Sequence record: PQ287320.1
Length of the DNA: 64,000 nucleotides
Reading direction: 5' to 3' (one strand)
Shown here: one piece after another, positions 31,489 to 41,854 of the stretch
Numbering within the stretch: position 1 is the stretch's first letter
Layout: each line of letters begins with the position of its first letter
Position numbers and translations under genes: made by a program
Notes under the pieces: generated by a model
Databases searched by the model: none
Seen by the model: the letters and a program-made list of their open reading frames with translations, nothing else
What the model was told of the DNA's origin: nothing

Positions 31489-32622
31489 CTATTCCTCGTC
31501 CGCCTTCTGAGCGCCCTTTTCAGAGATACTCAGGCGACCGTGGCCTTCACCTTCTTTCATGTAGTCTTCGATATTGAGGCCGTGTTCAGCGAGAGCTTCA
31601 CGAACGGCGCTCTGATCCAGGGTCTTGCGACCCTTGATCCAGGAGATGGAGACCTTGGTCTTTCCGTCCGTCGACTTCGCGACCCGGACTCCAGTCTTGT
31701 GGAACCACGACTTCAGAGCCTCCGAAGCCGTCTTGTGTCCCACTTCGGCCGCCTTCTTCGCGGCCGAAGCGCACCGCTCCTCGGCCACAAGGCGTTCGAA
31801 CTCTTCGAGGATGGCGGGCGGCGTCGTCTTGGAGTTCGCCTCGCCAGTCGTCGGGGTGATGGCCTTCGTGGTCCGCGCGCAGGCGACCTTGAAGGGGCAA
31901 TAGGTGCAGGAGCCGTCGTACTTGCCCTCGGCCTCGACCTCGCCAGCCGTGGCCGAGTCGTAGACCACGCGCGAGCGCAGCTTGGCGACCTCGAACGTCT
32001 TGTGGTCGTAAGGAACCACGAAGATTTCGATGTCGTCGAAGAAGGAAGCGTCAATATAGATGATGACGGCGTAGTTGGGTTTCCAGAACGAGTTCTCGCG
32101 GGTAAGTCCCATTTGAATAATCGTCTGGCCTCTATGGATGGCCTTTTCCTCTTTCAAGTTCACGCGCGGGTCGATGGACTTGATTTCGAGGTTGAAGCAG
32201 GCATGAGGACTGTCGGGATCGCCCTTGGTCCCCAGGCTGGCGATGCCGTACTCGGCCAGGGCGTCGTCGTCGGCATAGATCATCAGGCCGTCGGGCGTGG
32301 CCGTCAGCGGCGCGTCCTTCGAGGCGAGCGTCTTCTGGTTGGCGCCGCCCCAGATCAGTTGGGCGTCGCGGGTCAGGTTCTCGGCGATCCACGCGACCGC
32401 CGGCTCGACGAAGTGGTTCTCGATCAGGTCCCCGCGCTGGAGCGCGCCCCAGGACTGTTCGTAGTCCGGGTCCTTCTCGGCGTCGTGCTTGGCGAACCAG
32501 ACCTTGCGCAGGCACCCGAAGGCCTCGGAGGCGCCGACGGTCTTGCTGCGGTCGTGCTTCCAGACCTTCTGGTGCGCGGCGACGAACTTGTCGAAGCCCT
32601 GCTTGAAGTCGATGGCGGCCAT
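31489..32622 (-). CDS. Cas4-like PD-(D/E)XK exonuclease with Fe-S cysteine motif
   Basis: GASEAFGCLRKVWF (Cys1), RGDLIE, ATPDG, LEIKS, Q..MG and CTYCPFKVAC (CxxCx5C). Confidence 0.85.
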   Translation of the reverse strand: MAAIDFKQGFDKFVAAHQKVWKHDRSKTVGASEAFGCLRKVWFAKHDAEKDPDYEQSWGALQRGDLIENHFVEPAVAWIAENLTRDAQLIWGGANQKTLASKDAPLTATPDGLMIYADDDALAEYGIASLGTKGDPDSPHACFNLEIKSIDPRVNLKEEKAIHRGQTIIQMGLTRENSFWKPNYAVIIYIDASFFDDIEIFVVPYDHKTFEVAKLRSRVVYDSATAGEVEAEGKYDGSCTYCPFKVACARTTKAITPTTGEANSKTTPPAILEEFERLVAEERCASAAKKAAEVGHKTASEALKSWFHKTGVRVAKSTDGKTKVSISWIKGRKTLDQSAVREALAEHGLNIEDYMKEGEGHGRLSISEKGAQKADEE

Positions 32623-32775
32623 AGGGAGTCCGAGGTCATAAAACTAGGGTTTCGTGACAAGGGTCCATCCAGGTCACGGGCGGCTGGGGTCTCGACGTTT
32701 AGGGGCGGTCGAGCTTATTCCGCAGCCAGATGAGGAAGGCGATGCCGATGAAGCCCGCCGAGGTCCAGAAGAGGG

Positions 32776-33400
32776 TCACGCGGCTTGCTCCTGCTTCTTG
32801 GCGGCGACCATGTCCTCCATGGCGTAGAAGCACCGGCGGGTCGCCAGGACGTCGGCGATCGCGGTGTGGGCGTCTTCGAAGCCCTCGCCGGTCAGGTGCT
32901 TGTGGAGGTCGATCAGCTTGGGCTTTCGAAAGCCGCCCTGCCGGGCCGGCAGGCGCATCAGCGGCATGCCCGCCAGGATCGTGTCGAACATCGCCTTGCC
33001 GGCGAACGGATCGGCGTCGGGCCGGCGCAGGACGCGGCGCACGACGTTGGTCATGATCTTGTTGTCGAACGAGACGTGGTTGTGCCCGACGATGACGTCG
33101 GCGACGGCGACCAGATCGAGAAACGCCTCGACCGCGATGTCCTCGGTGATCCCGATCGCCTCGGAGAGGTCGGGGCTGATCCCGTGGATCGAGGCCGCGC
33201 CCGGCTTGGCCGGCGTGCCGACCCAGCTATCCATCACGTTCGGGGGACTTCGCCGACCCGCAGAATCATGTCAAGACGCTGCATCTCGCGGCGGTCCGGA
33301 TTGGCCAGGATCGCCCCAGTTGGACCACGCGCGGCTGCTCGTGGAGGGGGCGCTTGCTGTCCGGGAAGCCGGTCGTTTCGGTGTCGTAGAAAAGGATCAT
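32776..33400 (-). CDS. DEDDh 3'-5' exonuclease (DnaQ-like); 1-nt break at ~33243
   Basis: MILFYDTETTG, VVQLGAI, IHGIS, VGHNH.SFD and AHTAIADV.ATRRC. Confidence 0.85.
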
Positions 33401-33447
33401 CGGGCGATCTCGTTCGGGAGTGTCTTGTTAACCAAGTTCCGGATGGG

Positions 33448-33464
33448 TGTCAAGATTCACGACA
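33448..33464 (-). promoter_or_regulatory. Operator/-35 motif (perfect copy)
   Basis: Reverse complement TGTCGTGAATCTTGACA upstream of the exonuclease gene, with TTAACCAA at 33428-33435. Confidence 0.7.
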
Positions 33465-33471
33465 TCAAAAG

Positions 33472-34137
33472 TCACGAAGGACGACGATGGGCCTTCACGA
33501 TCTCGTAGATGCGCTGGGGCGAGAGGTCGTAGTCCTCGGCCACCACGGCGACCGGCGCGCCCGCCTCGACCTGGGCGGCGATCTCGGCGTAGAAGCGCTT
33601 CTTGGTCTCCTCCCGCTTGGCCTTGGACGCCGGCGCGTGACGGTCGATGAAGCGGTAGATCGCGATGCGGCTCACGCCGTGTTCCTGGGCGATCAGGGGC
33701 ACGGGGGCGAAGCTCTCGTACATCGAGATGATGTGGTCGGCGTTGTCGGCGAGGGCCATGTCGGTCTCCAGGAGGTCGAGGGCGCGGTCGATCACCACCG
33801 CCGCGCGCTTGGAAGGGTTTTTGGTCAGGAAGCCGCAAGGGCGGCCGGCGGCGTAGGGTGGCTCCAGCCCCTCGCAGAGGTACTGCTCGGCGGTCGGGTC
33901 CAGGCGCCCGCCCTCACGCGTGCAGAGCCACCAGTGCGTGCCGCCCTCCGGATCGGGGGCCACCATGCCGCGCCAGAGGCCGTCCCGCCCGTCGAGCAGA
34001 TGCCAGAGCGCCTCGGAGGCGACATAGCAATGCCCGGCGGTCGGATTGCGTGCCGTGTACGCGGAACGATAGGGCTCGCGCAGAAGCTCGGGTGTGAGGC
34101 TGGCCTGAACCGCGACAAGGGAGGCGTGAATATCCAT
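33472..34137 (-). CDS. Hypothetical protein with a possible C-terminal HTH
   Basis: 221-aa ORF; C-terminal IAQEHGVSRIAIYRF and VAEDYDLSPQRIYEI resemble helix-turn-helix motifs. Confidence 0.55.
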   Translation of the reverse strand: MDIHASLVAVQASLTPELLREPYRSAYTARNPTAGHCYVASEALWHLLDGRDGLWRGMVAPDPEGGTHWWLCTREGGRLDPTAEQYLCEGLEPPYAAGRPCGFLTKNPSKRAAVVIDRALDLLETDMALADNADHIISMYESFAPVPLIAQEHGVSRIAIYRFIDRHAPASKAKREETKKRFYAEIAAQVEAGAPVAVVAEDYDLSPQRIYEIVKAHRRPS

Positions 34138-34138
34138 C

Positions 34139-36383
34139 CTAGTGCGTCTCGGCCCAGGTGCGGCCCCACTTCACGTCGACGTCGACCGGCAGGCGGAAGT
34201 CGAACCGATGTCCGGCTTCCTTGGCGGCGTCGATGATGTTGCGGCGGCAGATTTCCTTGACCCGGTCGTCGTCGCGCACGGCGACCTGCATTTCGTCGTG
34301 GACCCAGGCCAGGACCGCATAGTCCCCATGCCAGCCGTGAACGAGCCCGTCGTCTTCGTTGAAGGTCTCGAAGTTGACGCACCAGCCCTTGGCGATCGTG
34401 GCCCCGGCGCCCTGGAGCTTGGTGTTGAGCGCCGAGTGCTTGGCCCGCACGTAGAGGAGGCGTCCATCCAGGGCGTCGACATAGCCGCGCTTGGCCTCGC
34501 GCTGGACGGACTTGACGACCTGTTGCAGGGCGGGGATGCGCGTCATGATCCGCCGGCGCATTTCGGCGCCCAGGGCCTTGGCCTTGGCCACGTGCATCGC
34601 CAGCGACGGATCGACCGTCACCCCCAGCTTGTAGTCCTGGGCGCCGTAGATCATGGCGTAGATGAAGGTCTTGGCGGTGTCGCGCGACTCCATCTCCATG
34701 GCGGCTTGGTGGACGCCGTGAACGTCGCCGTCGAGCACGATCTTGCCGTACTGCCCGTTGTCGAACTCGGCCATGAAGTGGGCCAGACAGCGCAGTTCGA
34801 TACCCGCTTGGTCGGCGCCCATCAGGACCCAGCCGTCGGGGACGTAGAAGAGGTTGCGGCAGTCCCAGCCGTGATCGCCGTCGCGGCCCTTCATCAGGAC
34901 CTTCTTGGTGACCACCTCGCCCTTTTCGTTCAGGGTGAACTCGCCTTCCGGCGTGAGGACCGGCCGGCCCCGGATTTGCTGGCCGTCGGGACCCAGCAGC
35001 GGGATCGTCTTGGCCTCGTCCTTCCACTGGGCGGGGACTTGAAGACGACGCGGGGACCTGGGCGATGTTGGGGTTGGAGTGCGAGGCGCGGTTGGTCACC
35101 GTGCCGCCGACGTTGACGCGGCCGTGAATCTTGCCGTCGCCGTTCCACTCCTCGCACTTGACCAGCCAGCCGTTCTTGCCGTCGACCAACTGCCCCAGGC
35201 GCTTCTTGTAGTAGAAGATTTCCGCCAGGGTTTCGCAGATCGGGATCACCAGCTTGCCGGTGTTCTCGTCCTCGGCCTTGGCCAGATCGCGCAGCACCTC
35301 GTCGTCCACCACGGGGGCGTTGTTCTCGGTGAACTCCTGCGGCTCCCAGCCGTAGACCTTGGTCAGGCGGTCGATGATCTGTGGGCGCGAGTTGGGGTTG
35401 AACTCGGTCAGCTTGATCGGGCAGAAGGCCGCGCCCGCCGTGCGATCGGCGACCATCGGGTCCTTGTATTTGATGTCGCGCGACGGGACCGACACCTCCG
35501 CCCAGTGCTCGCGGCTGTCGTCCTCGCCAAACTCGGGGCGCGGCTTGAAGCTGGGCTGTTCCTTCTCGGGCTTGCCGGTGACGGGCGAGATGTAGGAGGT
35601 CGTCTTGCCCTTCTTGAGCCACTTGCCCGGCACCCACCAGGAGCCGAAGTGCTCGATCGCGGCCTCGGACATCTTGGTGTGGGTCGTGCGAAGCTCTTCC
35701 TCCAGGGCGCGCGCGCGCTCGCGGTGGAACGGGAAGCCGTTGCGCTGGACCCGCTCCATCATGTCGTGGATCATGTGTTCGAGCGTGATCGCGGTCTTGG
35801 ACCACGGCCGGCTCTCGATCTTGCGCCACAGGGCCTCGGTGACCTCGACGTCTTGGATCGCGTAGTCCTCCATGTCCTGGTTCCAGGACCCCCAGACGTA
35901 CTTGCTGATCTCGGCCTTGTCGGTGATCCCCTTGGCCTTGGCCTCCTCCTCGGCGACGTCGGCATAGTCGCCCTTGGGGAAGCCCAGGCGCTGGCCCCAG
36001 GCGCCCAGTTCGTGCGAGCCGATGTAGCCGCCATAGAGGTCGCCGCGCTTCCACATGCGGAAGTCGTCTTCCTTGACGTCGGCGAACAGCATCCGGGTCA
36101 TCACCAGGGTGTCGCGGATGATCCCCTGGGGATTGAACTTGTCGCCGTAGACCTTCCACAGGGCCTCGCAGTCGAAGCCGATGATGTTGTGGCCGATCAG
36201 CATGTCGGCGTCGTTCAGCATCGCGACGCCTTCGAGGATGTTGTCCTCGCGCTTGTTGCGGTGGAAGACCCAGCGCTGACGGGTGTCGGCGTCCTTGATC
36301 ACCAGGATGTGGATGCGCGTCAGTTGCAGCAGCAGCCCATCGGTTTCCAAGTCGAAGAGCAGGCGGCGCTTACGGAGCTTCAT
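34139..36383 (-). CDS. Family A DNA polymerase, T7 gp5-like (3'-5' exonuclease plus polymerase); breaks at ~35035-35055
   Basis: LFDLETDG, GHNIIGFD, DTLVMTR, YAIQDV, TVTNRASHSNPNIAQVP, MGADQAGIELRCLAH, AKTFIYAMIYGA, LNTKLQGAGA and WVHDE. Confidence 0.95.
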
Positions 36384-37440
36384 GGAGAGCCTTCACGATC
36401 TGGTCGCCGATCCAGTCCACCATCGGGACGATCAGGCTGTTGCCGACGATGGTCCGGCGTTCGGTGTCCGAGAGGCCTTCGATGTCGGTGTGCCCCACGG
36501 GCATCCCCATCAGCCGTTCGTACTCGGACACGGTGTGATTGCGCAGCCGCCAGTGCTCGCCTTCCTTGACGAGCAACATCCCGATGCTCGAACCGCCACC
36601 GGCGGTCCGCAGGCAGTTGGCGATTACGCCGCGCTCTTCGAGTTGCTGATCGGGGCGTCCGCGAACAGCGACGGATCGAGCCCGTGCGACAAGGCCGCCC
36701 GCAATTCCGGGGACAAGGTCCGGCCCGTCCGGATCGCATTGTTCAGGAGGGTCAAACGCCGGGAGGGGCTCATGTACAATCCGTCGGGGATCGATGCCGG
36801 AGCGTCGAGTACACGCGACAAGCACAATCCGGGGTCTAGACTGCGGGATTCCGAATTCGGGGCCGTCGAAGACCGTCCAGGCGATCGCGCGACGCGGTCC
36901 CAGCACGTAACCAGAGTCCGGCCACCGACACCCTGCCGGCTTTCGAACACCGTCGGGGCTTTCTTCGGGCTTTCCGAAGGGGTAGAGGGGCTCTCGCTCG
37001 CCGGCGAGGCGGCCGAGGAATTGTCCAAAGGCGTTGTCCTTGTTGGAGAGGAGCTTGACCACGTTCTCGAAGCAGAAGATCGGCGGGTCGATCTCGTCGA
37101 CCACCCGCAGCCCCGACAGCGTCAGCCGCCCGCGCGGGTCGGCCAGACCCAGACCCTTGCCGGCTTCGCTCCAGGCCTGACACGGGAAGGAGGCCCACAG
37201 GGCGTCGACCTCTCCCTCGTGCTGGGTCCCGTCGATCTGTTCGAGGTCGCCCAGGTTGGGAACCGTCTTCCAGCGCGTCGCCAGAAGACGAATGGGGGCC
37301 GAGGCAATTTCGCTGAAGAAGCGGGCCTTGCCGCCCTTCTTCTCCCACGCCACCGAGGGGACGTCGGCGCCGGAGCAAAGGGTCGCAAAGACCCACGGCG
37401 TGACGCCGGTGGCGTCCGCAGGGGAGGGGTTCGGGGACAT
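36370..37440 (-). CDS. C5-cytosine DNA methyltransferase
   Basis: Motif I variant TLCSGA, motif IV SFPCQAWS.AG, motif VI FENV, QSRPRI and motif X GNS. Confidence 0.85.
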   Translation of the reverse strand: MSPNPSPADATGVTPWVFATLCSGADVPSVAWEKKGGKARFFSEIASAPIRLLATRWKTVPNLGDLEQIDGTQHEGEVDALWASFPCQAWSEAGKGLGLADPRGRLTLSGLRVVDEIDPPIFCFENVVKLLSNKDNAFGQFLGRLAGEREPLYPFGKPEESPDGVRKPAGCRWPDSGYVLGPRRAIAWTVFDGPEFGIPQSRPRIVLVACTRRSGIDPRRIVHEPLPAFDPPEQCDPDGPDLVPGIAGGLVARARSVAVRGRPDQQLEERGVIANCLRTAGGGSSIGMLLVKEGEHWRLRNHTVSEYERLMGMPVGHTDIEGLSDTERRTIVGNSLIVPMVDWIGDQIVKALHEAP

Positions 37441-37495
37441 GGCTCTATGGTTAACGGATGTCGTGAATCACGTCAAGAAATGTCGACAGCGACGA

Positions 37496-38251
37496 CTACA
37501 GGCCGGCTTCGAGCTTCTTGACCTCGGCGTCCGACAGGGGCCGGCGATCGGTGGTCCGCACCTCGCCGCGCCACACCTTGTCGGCCAGCTTCAGGAACGC
37601 CTTGGCGACGTTCTGCTTGTCCGTATGGGCGATGAAGCGCTTGAAGGTGTGAGGCCAGCGCGGCGGCAGGGCGAAGAAGTTCAGCAGCCCAGGCCGCGTC
37701 CAGGTGTCGACGGCGAAGTCGCCGGCCGCGCGCTTGCCGATCGCGAACGACTGGTCGCCCAGGATGGCGGTGTTGGTGTCGTCGTAATAGCCAAGACCGA
37801 TCCTGATCTTGTCGATCGTGCCGTCGTAGGACAGCCAGACGCAGCGCCCGTCGCCCAGGTCGACCTTCTCGACCTCCCAGTCCAGGGGATGGCCCCAGAC
37901 CTCGTCATGCGCCATGCGGATGGCCTCGGCCAGCAGCTTGGTGATGGTCTGGGTCCCCTCCAGGTTGATGAACATGTGGGGGTTGATCTCCAAGGTCTTG
38001 TCGACCCCGAAGAACGGCGCCAGCTTGCCGGCCTTGAACACGAAGCCCTCGCGCTCGATCTGGTCGGCGACCTCGTAGGCGAAGCCCGGCTTGAGGTTCA
38101 TCGTCATGACGTGGGTCACGTTGAGCCCCGAGACGGATTCGTGTCCGAGGCCCACCTGGATCGAGTTGGTTTCGGTGGTCACCAGGGCGTACAGGAAGCC
38201 GCCTTTGGGACGGGTCGGGTAGAAGACCCGACGGGAGACGAGAAGGGTCAT
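37496..38251 (-). CDS. Hypothetical protein (two loosely similar halves)
   Basis: 251-aa ORF with phage codon bias; NSIQVGLG and DKIRIGLG segments suggest an internal duplication. Confidence 0.6.
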   Translation of the reverse strand: MTLLVSRRVFYPTRPKGGFLYALVTTETNSIQVGLGHESVSGLNVTHVMTMNLKPGFAYEVADQIEREGFVFKAGKLAPFFGVDKTLEINPHMFINLEGTQTITKLLAEAIRMAHDEVWGHPLDWEVEKVDLGDGRCVWLSYDGTIDKIRIGLGYYDDTNTAILGDQSFAIGKRAAGDFAVDTWTRPGLLNFFALPPRWPHTFKRFIAHTDKQNVAKAFLKLADKVWRGEVRTTDRRPLSDAEVKKLEAGL

Positions 38252-38693
38252 GATTGCTCCTGGAGGCTTTCGTAGAAGGTCAGCAAGGCCTTAAGGTCTT
38301 GGAGGCTTCCGCTGTTCTTGAGTCGATTGGCTTTCCAACTGACGACCACGACATTGCCGGGGACATATCCCAGCGCGTTGTCGATGCGGTCGAGAGACGG
38401 AGAATGGTCGTGCATCTTGCCGGAGCCGGCGATGAGTGGAATTCCGAGTGCCGGACAGACCGTAGGGATTGTGAGATCACCGGGCGTCAAGGAGAACGGA
38501 ATTCCTGCCTGTTTGGCGCGTCCTCGTGCAGTAGACAGGAGAGTTGAGGTAAAGCCTCCCCTGCATACCTAAGTCGACGCGCACCAGAGCGGCACGTAGA
38601 GCAAGTCCTGCGGAGACCGTTATTACGGGACCGGTCCTTGGAGAACTGGTCGAGGCTTTTTAGGTCCCCGCAGGAATTACACCGCTGCATCAT
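38248..38693 (-). CDS. Free-standing His-Me finger (HNH-like) endonuclease; 1-nt break at ~38540
   Basis: N-terminal CxxC..CxxC (CNSC, CSTC), then ARGRAKQAGIPFSLT..CPALGIPL..SPSLDRIDNALGYVPGNVVVVSWKANRLKN; lower GC3 than its neighbours. Confidence 0.8.
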
Positions 38694-40395
38694 CACAGGC
38701 GCCAATGACGACCCTGGAAGGTGATCAGCGCCCTCTTGCCGTTCGGGTACTGAACGCAGTGGGTGTGAGCCCAGGACGAGGGACCCACGTTGTAACCCAT
38801 GTCGAGCTTCGAGGTCGTCCCGGTGTTGTAGGCGCTCTCGAAGATGCCCGGCGAGTGGGTGTGCCCGAACGTCGTCTTCGGCCCGATCTTGGCGAACTGC
38901 TGGATGTTGCCGCGCGCGCCGTTGGCCCCGTTGTGGCCGTGGTTGGAGTGCTCGACCCCGCCCACGACGCAGCTTTCGTCCTCGCGCAGGAACTTGACGC
39001 CGGTGCAGTTCCAGACGTCGAACGCATTGTTCATCACGTCCTGGAAGATCGAGAAGTTCTTCTCGCCGGTGCGGATGGCGGCGTAGACCGACCGCTGGCA
39101 GGACAGGAAGAACTCGGCGTTGACCGGGTCGGTGCGGTAGTCGGCGGTCTTGAGCCACTTGTTGAGCGCCAGATCGTGGTTGCTCTCGACCACCGTCACC
39201 TGAGCGTCCTTGGCTTGGCGAGCCAGGATCGTCAGGAACATCGCCACCTCGCGCAGTTCGTGCTCGACGCTCTCGGTCCCCTTGACGTAGAGACGGAAGC
39301 GATCGTGCGGATCGGCGATGTTGTGGTGGTTGCGCGCCCGGAAGTCGGAGACGTCGTGGACGAAGATATGCTCGGGGCGCAGGACGTCGATCATCGACGG
39401 CGTCGCCACGCTGGCCCAGACGCGGCTCCCGTCGGCCGAACGCTGCTCGGTCGGGTGGAAGCCGAAGGTCGCGGCCGAGACCTCGGGGTCGATCTGCGCC
39501 ACGTGGACGTCGCCCGGCGTGATGCAGGCCACGCGGTGACCCTCGGTCACCACGCCATTCTGGACGAAGACGTCCAGGTCGTAGAACGAGCCGTCGAGAT
39601 CGCCCAGCAGGTGGCGGCAGAAGAACTTGCCGTCCTCGTCGACCTCAACCAGGACCGCGCCCAGTTGGTGGTGGAAGCTGGCCTTGATCCCGGCCTTCTT
39701 GGGGACGTAGTTGGGCTTGGTGACCGCGCCCGTCGTCATGATCTGCTTGGACGGGGTGTGCTTCATCGTCGGGACGCTGACGAGTTGCACCTTGGCGTGC
39801 GGGAAAATCCCCCAGCGCTCGCGGGTGTAGGAGTGGAAGCCCGACAGCGGGTTCTCGGCCGTGGGGAGGGTGTTCATCTCGCCGCAGAAGTCGATGCGGT
39901 CGGCGATCCGGACCCGCTCGGCGACGAGATATTCCATGACCCGCTTGTGGAAGAAGGCCGCGTGCTTGGCGTGGTCCTCGAACAGGCGCTTGGAGTAGGT
40001 GAAGCCGGCGATCATGATCTCGCACGGCGCGTCCTTGCGCAGGTGCTCGGCATAGGCCTCCAGGTTGTCGACGAACCCCTCGTGGATGTGGGTCGAGTCC
40101 TGGGCCGAGGACAGGATGAAGCGCCGGCGCCCGGTGGTCTCGTCCACCGTCACGGTCCGCGCGGCCGGGGCCGGACGGTGCGACAGCGGGTCCTTGCGCA
40201 TCGAGTAGAGGCGGTTCTGGAGGGTCGTGCGCTTGACGCTGTACTTGCGCGAGAACGCCCGCTGGCCGCCGGCCTTCTTGACCATCGCGTTCAGTTCCTC
40301 GGGGTCACCGAATAGATGTCGAAGGGACCCTCGGCCGGCAGCGTCGTCTTGGGCTTCTTGCCCGCGCTGGAGGCGTGTTCGAACTCAGCCGGCAT
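38693..40395 (-). CDS. T5 A1-like protein, calcineurin-like metallophosphoesterase/nuclease; 1-nt break at ~40300
   Basis: SSAQD.T..H..F..NL..Y, GDVH, HD..D...RNHH, VESNHD, HGH.G.NGARG, GHTHSP and GYN.GPSSW. Corrected start ATG 40395 overlaps the MTase stop. Confidence 0.75.
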
Positions 40396-41067
40396 AGAGC
40401 AACTCCGGTTTGGCGCTGACGGGCTTGGACCAGTCCCAGACGAACCACGCATAGGCGAAGCGCGGCGCGCCCTTGGTTCCGGCGATCCAGCGGGGGCGAT
40501 GGCGAAGGGTGACCTTCGCGGCGAAGGCGGGGTGGTCGAACAGGTCCTTGCGCGAGCGCGCGGCGTCCCATTCGTGGCGGCAGAGGAAGGCGACCAGCCC
40601 GTGATCTTCCTTCATCAATTCCAGGGCGTGGCGGGCGGCGCGCTCGGCGTCCTTCCCGTAGGGCGGGTTGGTGATGATCGCGTCGGGCCGCTCGGGCATC
40701 GGGGTCGCCGGCCGGGTCTCGCCTCGATCGTCGAGCATGGTCGCGGGCCGGGCCTTCAGCGCCCCAGGCGGTCCAGGTCCGCCGTGGTCAGCTTGAAGAA
40801 GTCCTCGACCGCGTCGACGTCGAAACCCTCGTAGCGATGGATGTCCGTCGAGAGGACGTCCTGCACGTAGGGCTTGAGCGGCACGGCGATCGCCCCATTG
40901 CCGGCGAAGGGTTCCCAGGCCAGATAGGGCGCGAAGTTGTCGCCCAGGGCCTCGATCAGCGCGTCGAACGCCGGACGAGGGGTCGGATAAAAGTCCAAGG
41001 GGTTCCTGGCGTAGCCCGAGGTTCCCAGCATGGAGGGGTCTTTGCGACCAGCATCGGAGAGAGACAT
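40385..41067 (-). CDS. N6-adenine DNA methyltransferase; 1-nt break at ~40760
   Basis: DFYPTP, WEPFAGNGAI (motif I), DFF and IITNPPY (motif IV), AWFVW. Confidence 0.85.
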
Positions 41068-41083
41068 GGTCGTGAGGGATGTC

Positions 41084-41115
41084 ATGGTTAACGAAGGGTG
41101 TCAAGATTCACGACA
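41084..41115 (-). promoter_or_regulatory. Operator/-35 plus TTAACCAT box upstream of the N6-MTase
   Basis: Reverse complement TGTCGTGAATCTTGACA-cccttcg-TTAACCAT. Confidence 0.7.
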
Positions 41116-41144
41116 TTGACTGTCGTGAGCGTCCACGCTAGAAG
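41116..41144 (+). promoter_or_regulatory. Caulobacter-type sigma70 promoter TTGACT-N15-GCTAGAAG
   Basis: Matches the TTGAC..GCTANAWC consensus; divergent from the MTase gene. Confidence 0.55.
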
Positions 41145-41412
41145 GCTGGGGACGGGGCGGCCTGCTGCGTCAGCCCCGCGTCGCCGGACATCCACGGCGG
41201 CGCGGGGCCGGGTCGTCTTGCTGTCGTGGAAGGTCGAGGCAGCGGCTGGAAGCGAGAACGTGGGAGTTCGGTGTTGGCGCGGATGCCTTGCCTTCGATAC
41301 CACCCCCAGGGTTACAGCGTTGCCGACCACGCGTTGAACCCCGCCCGCGCCTGTGCGATGGCGCGTTGAGGCCCCGCCCGGCCGAGAAATGGAAACGGGC
41401 GACGGCGGGAGC

Positions 41413-41441
41413 TTGACGGCTCCCGCCACCTCCCCTATCAT
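41413..41441 (+). promoter_or_regulatory. Sigma70 promoter TTGACG-N17-TATCAT
   Basis: Near-consensus hexamers with ideal spacing; no protein gene downstream. Confidence 0.7.
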
Positions 41442-41447
41442 GCAGCC

Positions 41448-41755
41448 CTATCCTAGGCGCAGCACTGCTTCGGGCTACTCAGGCATCGTGACCTGGGTCC
41501 TCGGCTATGAAGCCTGAGATCGGGGAGTGGACTGCTATCCTCGATCACGACCGGAGGGCGCGTAGTCCCTCCTGAGGTGAACGCCGGCCAAGATAAGGCG
41601 ACGAGGCGTGACGCTGGGGAGAGGACCCAGGCTTGTCGTAGGCGTCGGGCAGTCTGAAGCCGGGTGTCCTATCCCGTGCCCGGCGTCTACGACAGGCGAA
41701 AGCCGACGATCTCCTTGAGCGGAGGGCGGGATTGGCCGATCGGGGCCTTTTTTGA
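41448..41755 (+). ncRNA. Unassigned highly structured RNA candidate (~300 nt, possibly extending to 41889)
   Basis: 20-bp helix 41631-41650/41677-41696 with 3 G-U pairs (which fixes the + strand); crossed helices ctcaggc/gcctgag and tcgtg/cacga; GGCGTGAC-GAGA module; TGTCCTAT loop. Confidence 0.55.
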
Positions 41756-41854
41756 GAGCCAAGGACATCCCGTCATAGGTCCTGGCCCGGCTACGAGGTA
41801 GGCAGGCCGGTAAACCGGAACCTCTGAGGCGCGTCGCCAAGATACAGCAGACGC

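Noticed and set aside
30283-32622. CRISPR system (Cas4-like gene next to repeats)
   Set aside because: The repeats are in-frame coding repeats without unique spacers. Solo Cas4-like nucleases are common in phage replication modules, and no other cas genes are present.
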